This document shows, one piece after another, positions 15,583 to 23,912 of a stretch of 40,618 nucleotides of DNA. Origin of the DNA: a virus (lineage: Duplodnaviria > Caudoviricetes). The first letter of the stretch is position 1. Each line of letters opens with the position of its first letter. The translations under genes were made by a program, and so were the position numbers. The notes under the pieces were generated by a model. It did not search any database and had not been told where the DNA came from. It was given only the letters and a program-made list of their open reading frames with translations. The stretch covers positions 1 through 40,618 of IMG/VR virus record IMGVR_UViG_3300028586_000009. The stretch is one strand, 5' to 3'.

Positions 15583-16050
15583 ATGGAATTCGGACCTGAG
15601 ATTAAAGTTGATGGGGTTCGGCCTGAGTGGCTTGAGGATGATGATGCCATGGAGTACAGACATTCTATGGATCGGCCAGAGGATGGCATGATTCCCGTCA
15701 CAAGGCATGGCGGGTGGTCTGCCGGTGACTGGAAGTGTGTTACCGCCATTCGCCTCTCCGCCACGCATTCCTGCTATCAGACCACCCCAACCCGCACGCC
15801 GCTGGAGGATAGGATGGTGGCGCATATGCTGGACAGCTGGAGGTCAATGGCAAAAGTAGATCCAAAAGATGTTGGCCCGCACTTCGCAGCTAACTGGATC
15901 GAAACCGCCAAAAGTATTCTAGCTGAGGCAGAGAACCCGGATATTACCGAGGCACGGATTTTGGTCGAGTCGATGAATAATGCTTCGGACGAAGATATTG
16001 CGCTCGCCGCTCTCGCTCGCGGGCGCCAACTCGAAAAGGAAGGCAAGTGA
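15583..16050 (+). CDS. Hypothetical protein (start MEFGPEI)
   Basis: RBS AGGGAGATTTGAG-ATG. Confidence 0.7.
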   Translation: MEFGPEIKVDGVRPEWLEDDDAMEYRHSMDRPEDGMIPVTRHGGWSAGDWKCVTAIRLSATHSCYQTTPTRTPLEDRMVAHMLDSWRSMAKVDPKDVGPHFAANWIETAKSILAEAENPDITEARILVESMNNASDEDIALAALARGRQLEKEGK

Positions 16051-16211
16051 TGACACGAGTTAGGTTATGCGGTTTCCTTGTTCGCGTCATAATGCGGATT
16101 GACCCAGGCTTTTTACCCCGGCTGTCAATCGAAGTAACGGACAGAATTGATCCTAGTTTTAAGCGTTATTACGATGCAGAACGTCATTCCAGCATGAGTA
16201 GCGGTGTATGA
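16050..16211 (+). CDS. Small hypothetical protein; not in ORF track
   Basis: TGATG and ATGA overlaps with its neighbours. Confidence 0.45.
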   Translation: MTRVRLCGFLVRVIMRIDPGFLPRLSIEVTDRIDPSFKRYYDAERHSSMSSGV

Positions 16212-16321
16212 GAAAGATTCTATTAGCTATCGCCATCATCTTTATCGCCACCCCCGCAATCGCAAAGGATCGCGTCACTTGCGGGCGTGGTGGATGTCAT
16301 GAGGGGATTCGGCCGTGGTGA
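16208..16321 (+). CDS. Secreted micro-peptide precursor, 37 aa; not in ORF track
   Basis: MRKILLAIAIIFIATPAIA|KDRVTCGRGGCHEGIRPW: a classical Sec signal plus an 18-aa mature part with two Cys. Confidence 0.65.
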   Translation: MRKILLAIAIIFIATPAIAKDRVTCGRGGCHEGIRPW

Positions 16322-16509
16322 TCACGAATAGAGCGGAATATCTCATTCGCAAGAATGGTATTTTTTATAGGCCGAGCGCGCAGGGTTATACATTGTCAAA
16401 AGCTGATGCAGGACGATATACACTTACAGATGCTATTTCGCTTAGCCATCCAAATGGCCAGCATGGGCCCCGAGATGGTATTGATTACACGCATGAGGAT
16501 CAAGTATGA
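16318..16509 (+). CDS. Conserved phage hypothetical (YLIRK.G.FYRP.AQGYT...AGRY)
   Basis: Recognisable motif; GTGA overlap. Confidence 0.6.
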   Translation: MITNRAEYLIRKNGIFYRPSAQGYTLSKADAGRYTLTDAISLSHPNGQHGPRDGIDYTHEDQV

Positions 16510-16552
16510 CCGCCCACTTGATGCTTCGGGCGTTTGGGGTTAAGTGAGAGAT

Positions 16553-16891
16553 ATGGAGAATCCTGAAGTTACAGGCGAAATCAGGGATACCCGATTCAAG
16601 CCCGGTCAGTCTGGCAATCCCGCTGGACGTCCTAAGGGCGCGCGTGCAAGACTTGGTGAAGCATTCATTGACGCATTGCTGGCGGATTGGAACACTAATG
16701 GCGTAAAAGCCATCATCGATATGAGAGATGAGCGTCCAGGCGATTATGTGAAGATTGTCGCGTCCATCCTTCCGAAAGAACTTAGTGGCCCCGATGGCGA
16801 GGCTATAAAGCATGAAGTCAAAGCCCTTGCTGTTGGCAAGCTGTCCGAAGGGTCTTTGCGCGAAATTGCAGGCTTGGGAGATGAATCATGA
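16553..16891 (+). CDS. terS: Terminase small subunit (DUF5681-type N-terminus)
   Basis: TRFKPGQSGNPAGRPKG...ELSGPDGEAI; lies upstream of TerL. Confidence 0.8.
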   Translation: MENPEVTGEIRDTRFKPGQSGNPAGRPKGARARLGEAFIDALLADWNTNGVKAIIDMRDERPGDYVKIVASILPKELSGPDGEAIKHEVKALAVGKLSEGSLREIAGLGDES

Positions 16892-17055
16892 ATGACCGTA
16901 TTTTGTCGTGCAAGAATGGTGGTTGCCTCACGCCAAAGGAATGCTGCGACCGTGGTGCTGGTCTTAGCCAGAACTGCATTATCCGCGAAAAGGTGGCCGG
17001 CACCGTGAATCAGTGGATCACCGATGTAATACCGCGCAATGCACCTAACTCTTGA
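16888..17055 (+). CDS. Cys-rich 55-aa protein between terS and terL; not in ORF track
   Basis: MNDRILSCKNGGCLTPKECCDRGAGLSQNCII...; ATGA overlap and GGGAG RBS. Confidence 0.5.
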   Translation: MNDRILSCKNGGCLTPKECCDRGAGLSQNCIIREKVAGTVNQWITDVIPRNAPNS

Positions 17056-18628
17056 CGACCGCCAAGCAGCCCGCGACGAACTAGCCCGCCGCTACGTCGC
17101 GGACTTTGCTTGTTCTGTGGACATTCCAACTGTCCCGGTTAGCGAAGATCCAGACGAAGCGCGGTTTACCGAACTGCATCAGCCAAAGCTTGCGAGCCAT
17201 CATGCGTTGCTGCTGAGGAAGCTCCAGCTGCTTGGCACGCCAGCGGTTCCTAACCTGATGGTGCTGATGCCTCCAGGTTCAGCTAAGTCTACCTATGTTG
17301 ATGTGGTGTATGTGCCGTGGTTCATGGCGGCAAAACCCAAGCGCAACGTGATCCTCGCCAGCTATGCGAGCGACATTGCGAAGAAGCAGGGGCGTCGCGC
17401 TCGCCAGCTCATCAAGACCCCGGGCTTTAACCGCATATTCCCGTCGTGCGCGCTGCGGTCCGACCAGTCAGCGGCTGACGAATGGGCGCTGGAGAATGGC
17501 TCGGAATACATGGCTGGCGGTATCCTGTCTGGCTTGACGGGTAACCGTGGTGCGCTGGGCGTGCTGGATGACCCTATTAAGGGACGACAGGCGGCAGAGT
17601 CTCAGGTGATCCGTGACACGACGTGGGACGCCTATACGGATGATTTCTGCTCGCGTCTCATCCCAGGCTCGCCGCAGATCATGATCCTCACACGCTGGCA
17701 CTCCGACGACCCGGCTGGTCGCATCCTTCCTGAAGATTGGGATGGGCAGTCAGGGGCGTTCTACGGGCGTGATGGGCGCTGGTGGGAGGTAATCTGCCTG
17801 CCTGCTATCGCAGACCGCGACGACGACCCTCTGGAGCGCGCTATAGGCGAGACGCTGTGGCCTGAGTGGTTCAGCCATGAGCATTGGGCGCCGTTCCAGC
17901 GTAATACACGGACATGGACCAGCCTGTACCAGCAGAAGCCGACAGCGGACGAAGGTACGTTCTTCAAAACTGATTGGTTCAAGCGGTTCTCGCTGGCCGA
18001 TCGTCCTACCGCGCTCAACATCTACATGACGAGTGATCACGCACCGGGTGGGGGTGAGAAGAACGATTTTAACGTGTTCCGTGTTTGGGGCATCGACGAA
18101 CATCAACATATTTGGCTTCTCGATGGTCACCGTGCTCAGGCCACAATCGACGTTGCCATGGGTGTTAAGCTTGATCCGTTGACTGGTCAGCAGACGTTAG
18201 CCGATACAGGCGCGCTGGCCCTAATCAAGAAATGGAAGCCGCTGTGTTGGTTTCCAGAGGCGGACAATAACTGGCGGTCGGTTGCTGCATTCGTGACGGC
18301 TTCCATGCGTATGCACCGTGTGCCTTGCCGTATCGAGCCGTTATCAACGGCAGGCGGCGACAAGGCAACCAAGGCGCAGGCATTCCAAGCCAAGGCGGCG
18401 ATGGGTGAGGTGCATATCCCTATCGGTCCGATGGGCGAAGAAGTGTTGGATCAGTACCGCAAGTTTCCGGCTGGCAAGCATGACGATGAGATTGACGCGG
18501 CTGCTAACATTGGCCGCGCTATCGACATGGCGCACCCTGCGATCGTCAAGGTAAAGGCTGTATCCACCAACCCGCCCGATGGTGACTACCGCCGACGCCC
18601 GCAGCCATCATCTTCAGCTTGGGGGTGA
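17039..18628 (+). CDS. terL: Terminase large subunit
   Basis: Walker A MPPGSAKS, Walker B GVLDDP, LTRWH..D, SLYQQKP, KFPAGKHDDEIDA. Confidence 0.95.
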   Translation: MHLTLDDRQAARDELARRYVADFACSVDIPTVPVSEDPDEARFTELHQPKLASHHALLLRKLQLLGTPAVPNLMVLMPPGSAKSTYVDVVYVPWFMAAKPKRNVILASYASDIAKKQGRRARQLIKTPGFNRIFPSCALRSDQSAADEWALENGSEYMAGGILSGLTGNRGALGVLDDPIKGRQAAESQVIRDTTWDAYTDDFCSRLIPGSPQIMILTRWHSDDPAGRILPEDWDGQSGAFYGRDGRWWEVICLPAIADRDDDPLERAIGETLWPEWFSHEHWAPFQRNTRTWTSLYQQKPTADEGTFFKTDWFKRFSLADRPTALNIYMTSDHAPGGGEKNDFNVFRVWGIDEHQHIWLLDGHRAQATIDVAMGVKLDPLTGQQTLADTGALALIKKWKPLCWFPEADNNWRSVAAFVTASMRMHRVPCRIEPLSTAGGDKATKAQAFQAKAAMGEVHIPIGPMGEEVLDQYRKFPAGKHDDEIDAAANIGRAIDMAHPAIVKVKAVSTNPPDGDYRRRPQPSSSAWG

Positions 18629-18630
18629 GT

Positions 18631-18720
18631 GTTACGACGTGATGGGATTTGAACCCATGCAAGACCCGTTAGGTTTTCACCAAGCCAGCGCTCTATCCAA
18701 CTGAGCTACGCCGCCGTAAC
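18631..18720 (-). ncRNA. tRNA-like RNA (intact D and T arms, non-canonical anticodon arm, no CCA)
   Basis: TAGCTCAGTTGGATAGAGC and ATGGGTTCAAATCCCAT; the ends pair GTTACGGCG/CGTCGTAAC. Confidence 0.7.
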
Positions 18721-18727
18721 GACTTGA

Positions 18728-18756
18728 CATTTACCCCACTAGCCCATGACACGCAA
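18728..18756 (-). promoter_or_regulatory. Promoter for the tRNA-like RNA
   Basis: TTGCGT-17-TAAATG, 7 nt upstream of the structured RNA's 5' end. Confidence 0.55.
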
Positions 18757-18798
18757 GTAGCGTAAACAGGTACCAGAATACCCGCCCGGAGCGCTCGC

Positions 18799-20763
18799 AT
18801 GATCCTTGATGACGACAACAAAGACGGCATCGCGTTAACCGGCGCGACCCAAACCCTGCCCGAATACATCAAGGGCACACCGCCTAGCATCGAGCGGTTG
18901 CGTCAGGGGTTCGACGATGCGCGTGCGGCTGAAGATGGTGGTATGTCGCAGCGCAACCAGAAGGCGCGGGACTATTTCGATGGTCCGGGTCAGTTGTCGA
19001 GCGAGGTCCGCGCAACGCTCAAGACGCGCAATCAGCCTGCAATCTACACCAACCGCATCCGTCCTGCCATCAACGGCATCCTAGGCGTCCTGGAGGCGGC
19101 ACGGAGCGATCCGCAGGCATATCCACGCAACCCAGACGACCAGGACAGTGCGGACGTTGCCAGCAAGGTTCTACGGTACGTTGCCGACGACTGCGACTTT
19201 GGCGATGTGAAGATGGAGGTGGCTGAGTCGTTCCTAGTGGAAGGCACGGGCGCGGTCATTATCGAGATGGACGATGACAGGATCGTCGCCACGCAGATCC
19301 GGTGGAAGGAGTTTTACGCAGACCGCTATAGCCGCCGCAATGACTTCGCCGACGCTCGCTACATGGGCATGGCGAAGTGGATGGACGCCGAACAGGTCAT
19401 GGAGAAGTGGCGTGCGCGGATCGATAAGTTAGGTGACCCGCTGAAGCCTGATGGCGTCGGTATGTTCGGGTCGGACAAGTTCGAGGACACTGGCGACGAG
19501 GGCGCTGGCTGGATCAATACCCGCCGCCGTCGTGTGCTGGTGGTCGAGGAATACCGCGTCATTGACGGCGAGTGGAAGCGCATTGTCTACATCGCGTCGG
19601 GCGTGTTGGAATATGGTCCCTCGCCGTACCTTGATGACAAGCAGCGGCCCGACAACCCGATCAAGGCGGTTAGCTGCTACGTTGATGCGAAGAACTGGCG
19701 GTATGGCCCTATACAGGACATGATTCCGATCCAGGATGAGGTAAATGCAAGCCGGTCTCGTTCCCTGCATTTGATGAACAGTCGACAGGTGCAGCAAACC
19801 GATCCGTCGGCGCCTCCTGTTGATCAGGACATTGCACGCATGGAGGCCGCTAAGGCTGACGGTGTGATTCCGGCTGGCTGGGCTATCGTTTCGACAGCGG
19901 AACAGTCCAGCGCCAACCTGATGCGAATGCAGGAGGCCAAGAACGAAATCGAGCGAATGGGGCCAACGCCTGCTGTGCTTGGTCGCCAGGATGGCGCGTC
20001 TCAGTCTGGCCGTGCTCGTCTGGTGTCGCAGCAGGCCGGGTTGACCGAACTGGCACGTCCGCTTGCTCGCCTGACATCGTGGGAGTTGGATTGCTACCGG
20101 GCCATGTGGGACCGTGCGCGGCAGTTCAAGAATGAGCCATGGTTTGTGCGGACTACTGACGATCCCAAGGCTATGGAGTTCTTGCAGGTGAATGAGCCTG
20201 AGATGGGCATGGCTCCGAAGATGATGATGGACCCAGCCACGGGGCAGCCCGCCATGGATCCGATGACGGGGCAGCCTATGGTGCAGATGGCGCAGGGCAT
20301 TGTCGGCTACAAGAATCGCCTTGCAGAGATGCAGGTTGATATCATCCTGGATACGACGCCTGACACGGCTAACCTTGCGCAAGAAACGTGGGCTGAGCTT
20401 GTTAGCTTGGTCACCAACGCGGGCGGGCTTCAGGCTGTAACGACGCCGGAATTCAAGGTCATGCTGGAGATATCGCCTCTCGACGACAAGACGCGCATTA
20501 TTGAGAAGCTCGACAAGTTCACTCAAGAGCGCGAGCAGAACCAAGTCGCACAATTGACGCAGCAGGTTCAACAACTAACCGCCGCACTTGAGCAGAAGAA
20601 GCAGATTGACGGTGCTGAAACTGCTGCCGCTATTGAGGAGAGGCAGGCAGGTACGCTACAGAAAACTGCCGCCGCGCATAAGACTGCTGCTGAGGCGGAT
20701 ATGACGCAAGCACAGCTTTATGGCGCTTTGGGCCTCAATCCGTTGATAGCTTTGCAAGATTGA
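18799..20763 (+). CDS. Portal protein (P22-like)
   Basis: Position and size; RDYFDG.Q...NRIRPAINGILG, YGPIQDMIPIQDEVN; Q-rich coiled C-terminus. Confidence 0.9.
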   Translation: MILDDDNKDGIALTGATQTLPEYIKGTPPSIERLRQGFDDARAAEDGGMSQRNQKARDYFDGPGQLSSEVRATLKTRNQPAIYTNRIRPAINGILGVLEAARSDPQAYPRNPDDQDSADVASKVLRYVADDCDFGDVKMEVAESFLVEGTGAVIIEMDDDRIVATQIRWKEFYADRYSRRNDFADARYMGMAKWMDAEQVMEKWRARIDKLGDPLKPDGVGMFGSDKFEDTGDEGAGWINTRRRRVLVVEEYRVIDGEWKRIVYIASGVLEYGPSPYLDDKQRPDNPIKAVSCYVDAKNWRYGPIQDMIPIQDEVNASRSRSLHLMNSRQVQQTDPSAPPVDQDIARMEAAKADGVIPAGWAIVSTAEQSSANLMRMQEAKNEIERMGPTPAVLGRQDGASQSGRARLVSQQAGLTELARPLARLTSWELDCYRAMWDRARQFKNEPWFVRTTDDPKAMEFLQVNEPEMGMAPKMMMDPATGQPAMDPMTGQPMVQMAQGIVGYKNRLAEMQVDIILDTTPDTANLAQETWAELVSLVTNAGGLQAVTTPEFKVMLEISPLDDKTRIIEKLDKFTQEREQNQVAQLTQQVQQLTAALEQKKQIDGAETAAAIEERQAGTLQKTAAAHKTAAEADMTQAQLYGALGLNPLIALQD

Positions 20764-20830
20764 TTTATAACGGTTTCCGGAGGGTGTTTCCTGCACCGCT
20801 CCGGAACCTAACCACGCGAAGGGACTCGCA

Positions 20831-21298
20831 ATGGCTAAGATTGACATAACCGAATGGCCGCAATCTGTCATCGATAGATTTTGGGCTAACGTAGAAATCG
20901 GCTCAGAGAACGAATGCTGGCACTGGCTTCGATCTTCATCGCGAGGCGGGTACGGCTCCTTCGGACACAACCGCAAAATATACAAATCTCATAGAATTGC
21001 CCTCGCCACCGTAAGCGACGGAGTTGTCGGGGATATGGCTTTGCACAGTTGCGACAACCCAAGATGCTGCAACCCGAAGCACTTGTCCGAGGGTGACCAC
21101 GCCCGCAACATGGCTGAGAGAAAGGAGCGCGGTAGGATCCAGGATCAGGCAGGTAGCCGAAACCCGCGCGCTAAACTCTCGCCCGAGTTGATTGCTGAAA
21201 TACGCTCTGCAACAGGCTCTGGCGCTGAAGTTGCCGCACGCTTCGGTATTACTCGCGGCTATGCCAACGCACTAAGGAGGGGGCTTTATTGGTCTTGA
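20831..21298 (+). CDS. HNH endonuclease with C-terminal HTH
   Basis: RFWANV...ECWHW...GYG...HRIA...LHSCDNPRCCNPKHL. Confidence 0.9.
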   Translation: MAKIDITEWPQSVIDRFWANVEIGSENECWHWLRSSSRGGYGSFGHNRKIYKSHRIALATVSDGVVGDMALHSCDNPRCCNPKHLSEGDHARNMAERKERGRIQDQAGSRNPRAKLSPELIAEIRSATGSGAEVAARFGITRGYANALRRGLYWS

Positions 21299-21444
21299 AC
21301 CAATAAACGAGGAGTGGTATCAGGATACCGTACCGCCGCCGGGTTCGGGCGATCAGGTTAGTGGACCTGCCAAAACCACACCTGCCGCCGAGGATGTAAC
21401 GGGCGCTGCGGAGAAGGTCACGATACGACCTAAGGAGACGAAGC

Positions 21445-22191
21445 ATGGCGGATTTTCTGGATCAGACATTTCCCGAAGACCCACAGGTTGAACCTGAGGT
21501 AATCGCGCCTGAACCAGTATTGGAACCCGTAGCAGAGGCAATCCCGCCCGAGCCGGTAGCACCTGAAGTCCATGAGCATACTGCCCCTGAGAAGCCGGAG
21601 CCTGGGTTTATTCCCATCGCCGCTTTGATGGACGAGCGTGATAAGCGACGGAGCCTTGAAGAGCGTATCCGTCAGTTTGAATCGCAACAGCAGCCTGTCC
21701 AGCCAGAAATGCCGGATCCTTACGATTCACCCGCCGAATTTGCAGCGGCGCAACAGGCTCTTGTTGACCAGCGTATCACACAGGTACGGTTTGAGATGAG
21801 TGACCGGTTTGCAAAGCAGGCTCACGGCGAGGAGAAGGTATCGCAGGCAGTCGAGTGGGCGAGGGCCAAGGCAGAAGCCGATCCCGTATTCGCCGCTGGA
21901 TATATGCGAGACCCGGATCCTATCGGCTGGATCGTGAAGCAGCACGACCGGGACGGCCTTGTTTCACAGATTGGCGACCGTAGCATTGACGATTTCGTCA
22001 AGGACTACATTAGCAAGAATCCGGGGATCATTGGCGTACCGGCACCCGCAGCGGTCGCGCCTGTCGCGGCCACGTTACAACCGGCGCCGAAGACCGCCAT
22101 GCCGCCACGTTCCATCGCCTCGGACTCAAGCCCGATCAGCGCCAAGGAACCAGCAGCACCGGCAGACTTTAGCGCTATCTTTCAAAGGTAG
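21445..22191 (+). CDS. Scaffolding protein
   Basis: Acidic Pro/Glu N-terminus, IPIAALMDERDKRR coiled coil; directly upstream of the capsid gene. Confidence 0.8.
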   Translation: MADFLDQTFPEDPQVEPEVIAPEPVLEPVAEAIPPEPVAPEVHEHTAPEKPEPGFIPIAALMDERDKRRSLEERIRQFESQQQPVQPEMPDPYDSPAEFAAAQQALVDQRITQVRFEMSDRFAKQAHGEEKVSQAVEWARAKAEADPVFAAGYMRDPDPIGWIVKQHDRDGLVSQIGDRSIDDFVKDYISKNPGIIGVPAPAAVAPVAATLQPAPKTAMPPRSIASDSSPISAKEPAAPADFSAIFQR

Positions 22192-22197
22192 CCTACC

Positions 22198-23358
22198 ATG
22201 GCAGAAGTCGTTCTTGCAGGCGCGCTCGCAGTCCAGAAGTGGAGCGAGACTCTTACGCGCGAATACATCCGTGCAAATGCCCTGTTCCCCTACATGGGCA
22301 CCGAGAACACCAGCATCATCCGTATGATGAATGAGTTCAAGGACAAGGGCGGGGATACGATCAACTTCCCGATGATCACCCGCATCAAGGGTCGCGGCGT
22401 TCGTGGCTCGGAAATCCTGAAGGGCAACGAAACCGATCTGGGCCTGTTCAATACGGCTGTCACGGTCGATTGGCGTCGTAACGCCGTCAAGGTTCCGAAG
22501 TCGACGCAGCTTCGCACCGAAATCAACCTGCTTGCCGAAGCCAAGCCGCAGCTTCGCGACTGGTGCACCGAGTCGCTTCGTGACGACGTGATCAACGAGT
22601 TTGCATCGGTTGTCATCCCCGGCGCGCTCGACAACCAGGGCCTCCCCGGCACCGATCAGACCGTGCTTTACGGCTTCTCGACGGCAGCACAGCGCAATGC
22701 CTACCTGACGAACAACAGCGATCGTATCGTGTTCGGTAACGCACGCGCCAACACGGCGTCGGGCAACTGGGCAACGTCGCTGGGTACGGTGTCGCAGGCA
22801 AGTGGTCAGTCCTCGGCAGCGCATATCCGCCTGCTGAAGACCATCGCCAAGAACGCTGGCGGCGCACCTGTCGGCCCAACCGGCATGACGACCAACATTC
22901 GCCCCTTCCGTGCCGACATGACGGCGGGCCGCGAGTGGTACGTGTATTTTGTGGGTAGCCGTGAGTTCGGCCTTATCTCGCAGGATGCAACGATCGTCAG
23001 CATCAACACTTCGTCGCGTCCGCGCGAAGCCGGGGGCGTCGATAGCAATCCGATGTTCCAGGACGGCGATCTGATGTACCAGGGTGTCATCATCCGCGAA
23101 GTCCCTGAACTTGACCAGCTTCTGCTTGCAGGCGCCGGTTCGGGTGGTGCGGATCTGGCAATGGGCTTCCTGTGCGGTCAGTCGGCTATCGCGGTTGGCA
23201 TTGGCCAGACCCCGCAGCCACGCACCGACTACACGGAAGATTATGGCTTCCGTCCCGCCGTCGCAATCGAGGAACTGCGCGGCGTCAAGAAGACCAGCTA
23301 CGGCGGCGTCCAGTACGGCATTGTACTTTCTGTAACCGCCGTGCCTGCGCTGGCTTAA
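22198..23358 (+). CDS. Major capsid protein (DUF4043 / N4-gp56-like)
   Basis: GDTINFPMI...G.EILKGNE, NPMFQDGDLMYQGVIIRE, FLCGQSA, DYGF..GVKK. Confidence 0.9.
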   Translation: MAEVVLAGALAVQKWSETLTREYIRANALFPYMGTENTSIIRMMNEFKDKGGDTINFPMITRIKGRGVRGSEILKGNETDLGLFNTAVTVDWRRNAVKVPKSTQLRTEINLLAEAKPQLRDWCTESLRDDVINEFASVVIPGALDNQGLPGTDQTVLYGFSTAAQRNAYLTNNSDRIVFGNARANTASGNWATSLGTVSQASGQSSAAHIRLLKTIAKNAGGAPVGPTGMTTNIRPFRADMTAGREWYVYFVGSREFGLISQDATIVSINTSSRPREAGGVDSNPMFQDGDLMYQGVIIREVPELDQLLLAGAGSGGADLAMGFLCGQSAIAVGIGQTPQPRTDYTEDYGFRPAVAIEELRGVKKTSYGGVQYGIVLSVTAVPALA

Positions 23359-23855
23359 TCTACATGTTTCCAGCTTCTCCGCCCTATGATGCCTTGAATG
23401 GTGCTCACGCTTACATTGTAGGCGGTGGCAATGCTCTTGGTGCTCATGGCGGGGAAGCTGGCGCGGATTTTTTTGACGGATTGCTCATTGAGCAAAGCGT
23501 TACCATGGCCAGAACCTTTGGCGGGTTTTGCATTCTTGCCGATCCTACCGAGGGTTCTGTAACCATGGATGACGTTATCTTGGGCGGTAACAATTTCGAG
23601 ATTATCGACACGGTTATCATCTTTGATTCCGTTGATGTGGTTGATGTGGTACCCTTCGGGAATGATACCGATGAATGCTTCGGCTACCAATCGGTGAACC
23701 TTGAGGGTTTTGACATGCGGAGTTCGGGTATCAGCGGAGATAGTGGCGTAACCGTCCTTATCTCTACTGCCCTTAATGATGCGGCCGCTTCTGCCAATGA
23801 TCCTGCCATCGCTAGAGACTTGGTATCCGCGCTCTACATTTTTCCAGATTTCCAC
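23355..23855 (-). CDS. NUMOD4-HNH homing endonuclease, antisense to the late operon
   Basis: EIWKNV..GYQVSSDGRI, VHRLVAEAFI, INHINGIKDDNRVDNLE; RBS GGAGG. Confidence 0.9.
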   Translation of the reverse strand: MEIWKNVERGYQVSSDGRIIGRSGRIIKGSRDKDGYATISADTRTPHVKTLKVHRLVAEAFIGIIPEGYHINHINGIKDDNRVDNLEIVTAQDNVIHGYRTLGRIGKNAKPAKGSGHGNALLNEQSVKKIRASFPAMSTKSIATAYNVSVSTIQGIIGRRSWKHVD

Positions 23856-23865
23856 AACAGCCTCC

Positions 23866-23912
23866 GTATGGGTTCAAGTGAACACCATACTGGCATGAAA
23901 GGATAAAATCAA
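23866..23912 (-). promoter_or_regulatory. Promoter and inverted repeat for the antisense HNH gene
   Basis: TTGATT-17-TATGGT; GTATGG-T-GTTC...GAAC-CCATAC ends just before GGAGG. Confidence 0.55.

Noticed and set aside
18631-18720. Functional tRNA-Thr(GGT) or tRNA-Pro(TGG)
   Set aside because: No anticodon stem forms in either register, the acceptor stem is irregular and there is no CCA. Kept only as tRNA-like.
18724-18752. Plus-strand promoter from TTGACA at 18724
   Set aside because: There is no credible -10 at 16-18 nt spacing.
19429-20574. 381-aa minus-strand ORF
   Set aside because: Shadow of the portal gene with no recognisable motifs.
20764-21444. Group I intron around the HNH gene
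   Set aside because: Portal and scaffold appear complete with their own stop and RBS, and I recognised no intron core elements.
23172-23906. 244-aa plus-strand ORF, or a capsid frameshift extension
   Set aside because: It is the antisense shadow of the clear HNH gene, and I saw no slippery site or RBS.
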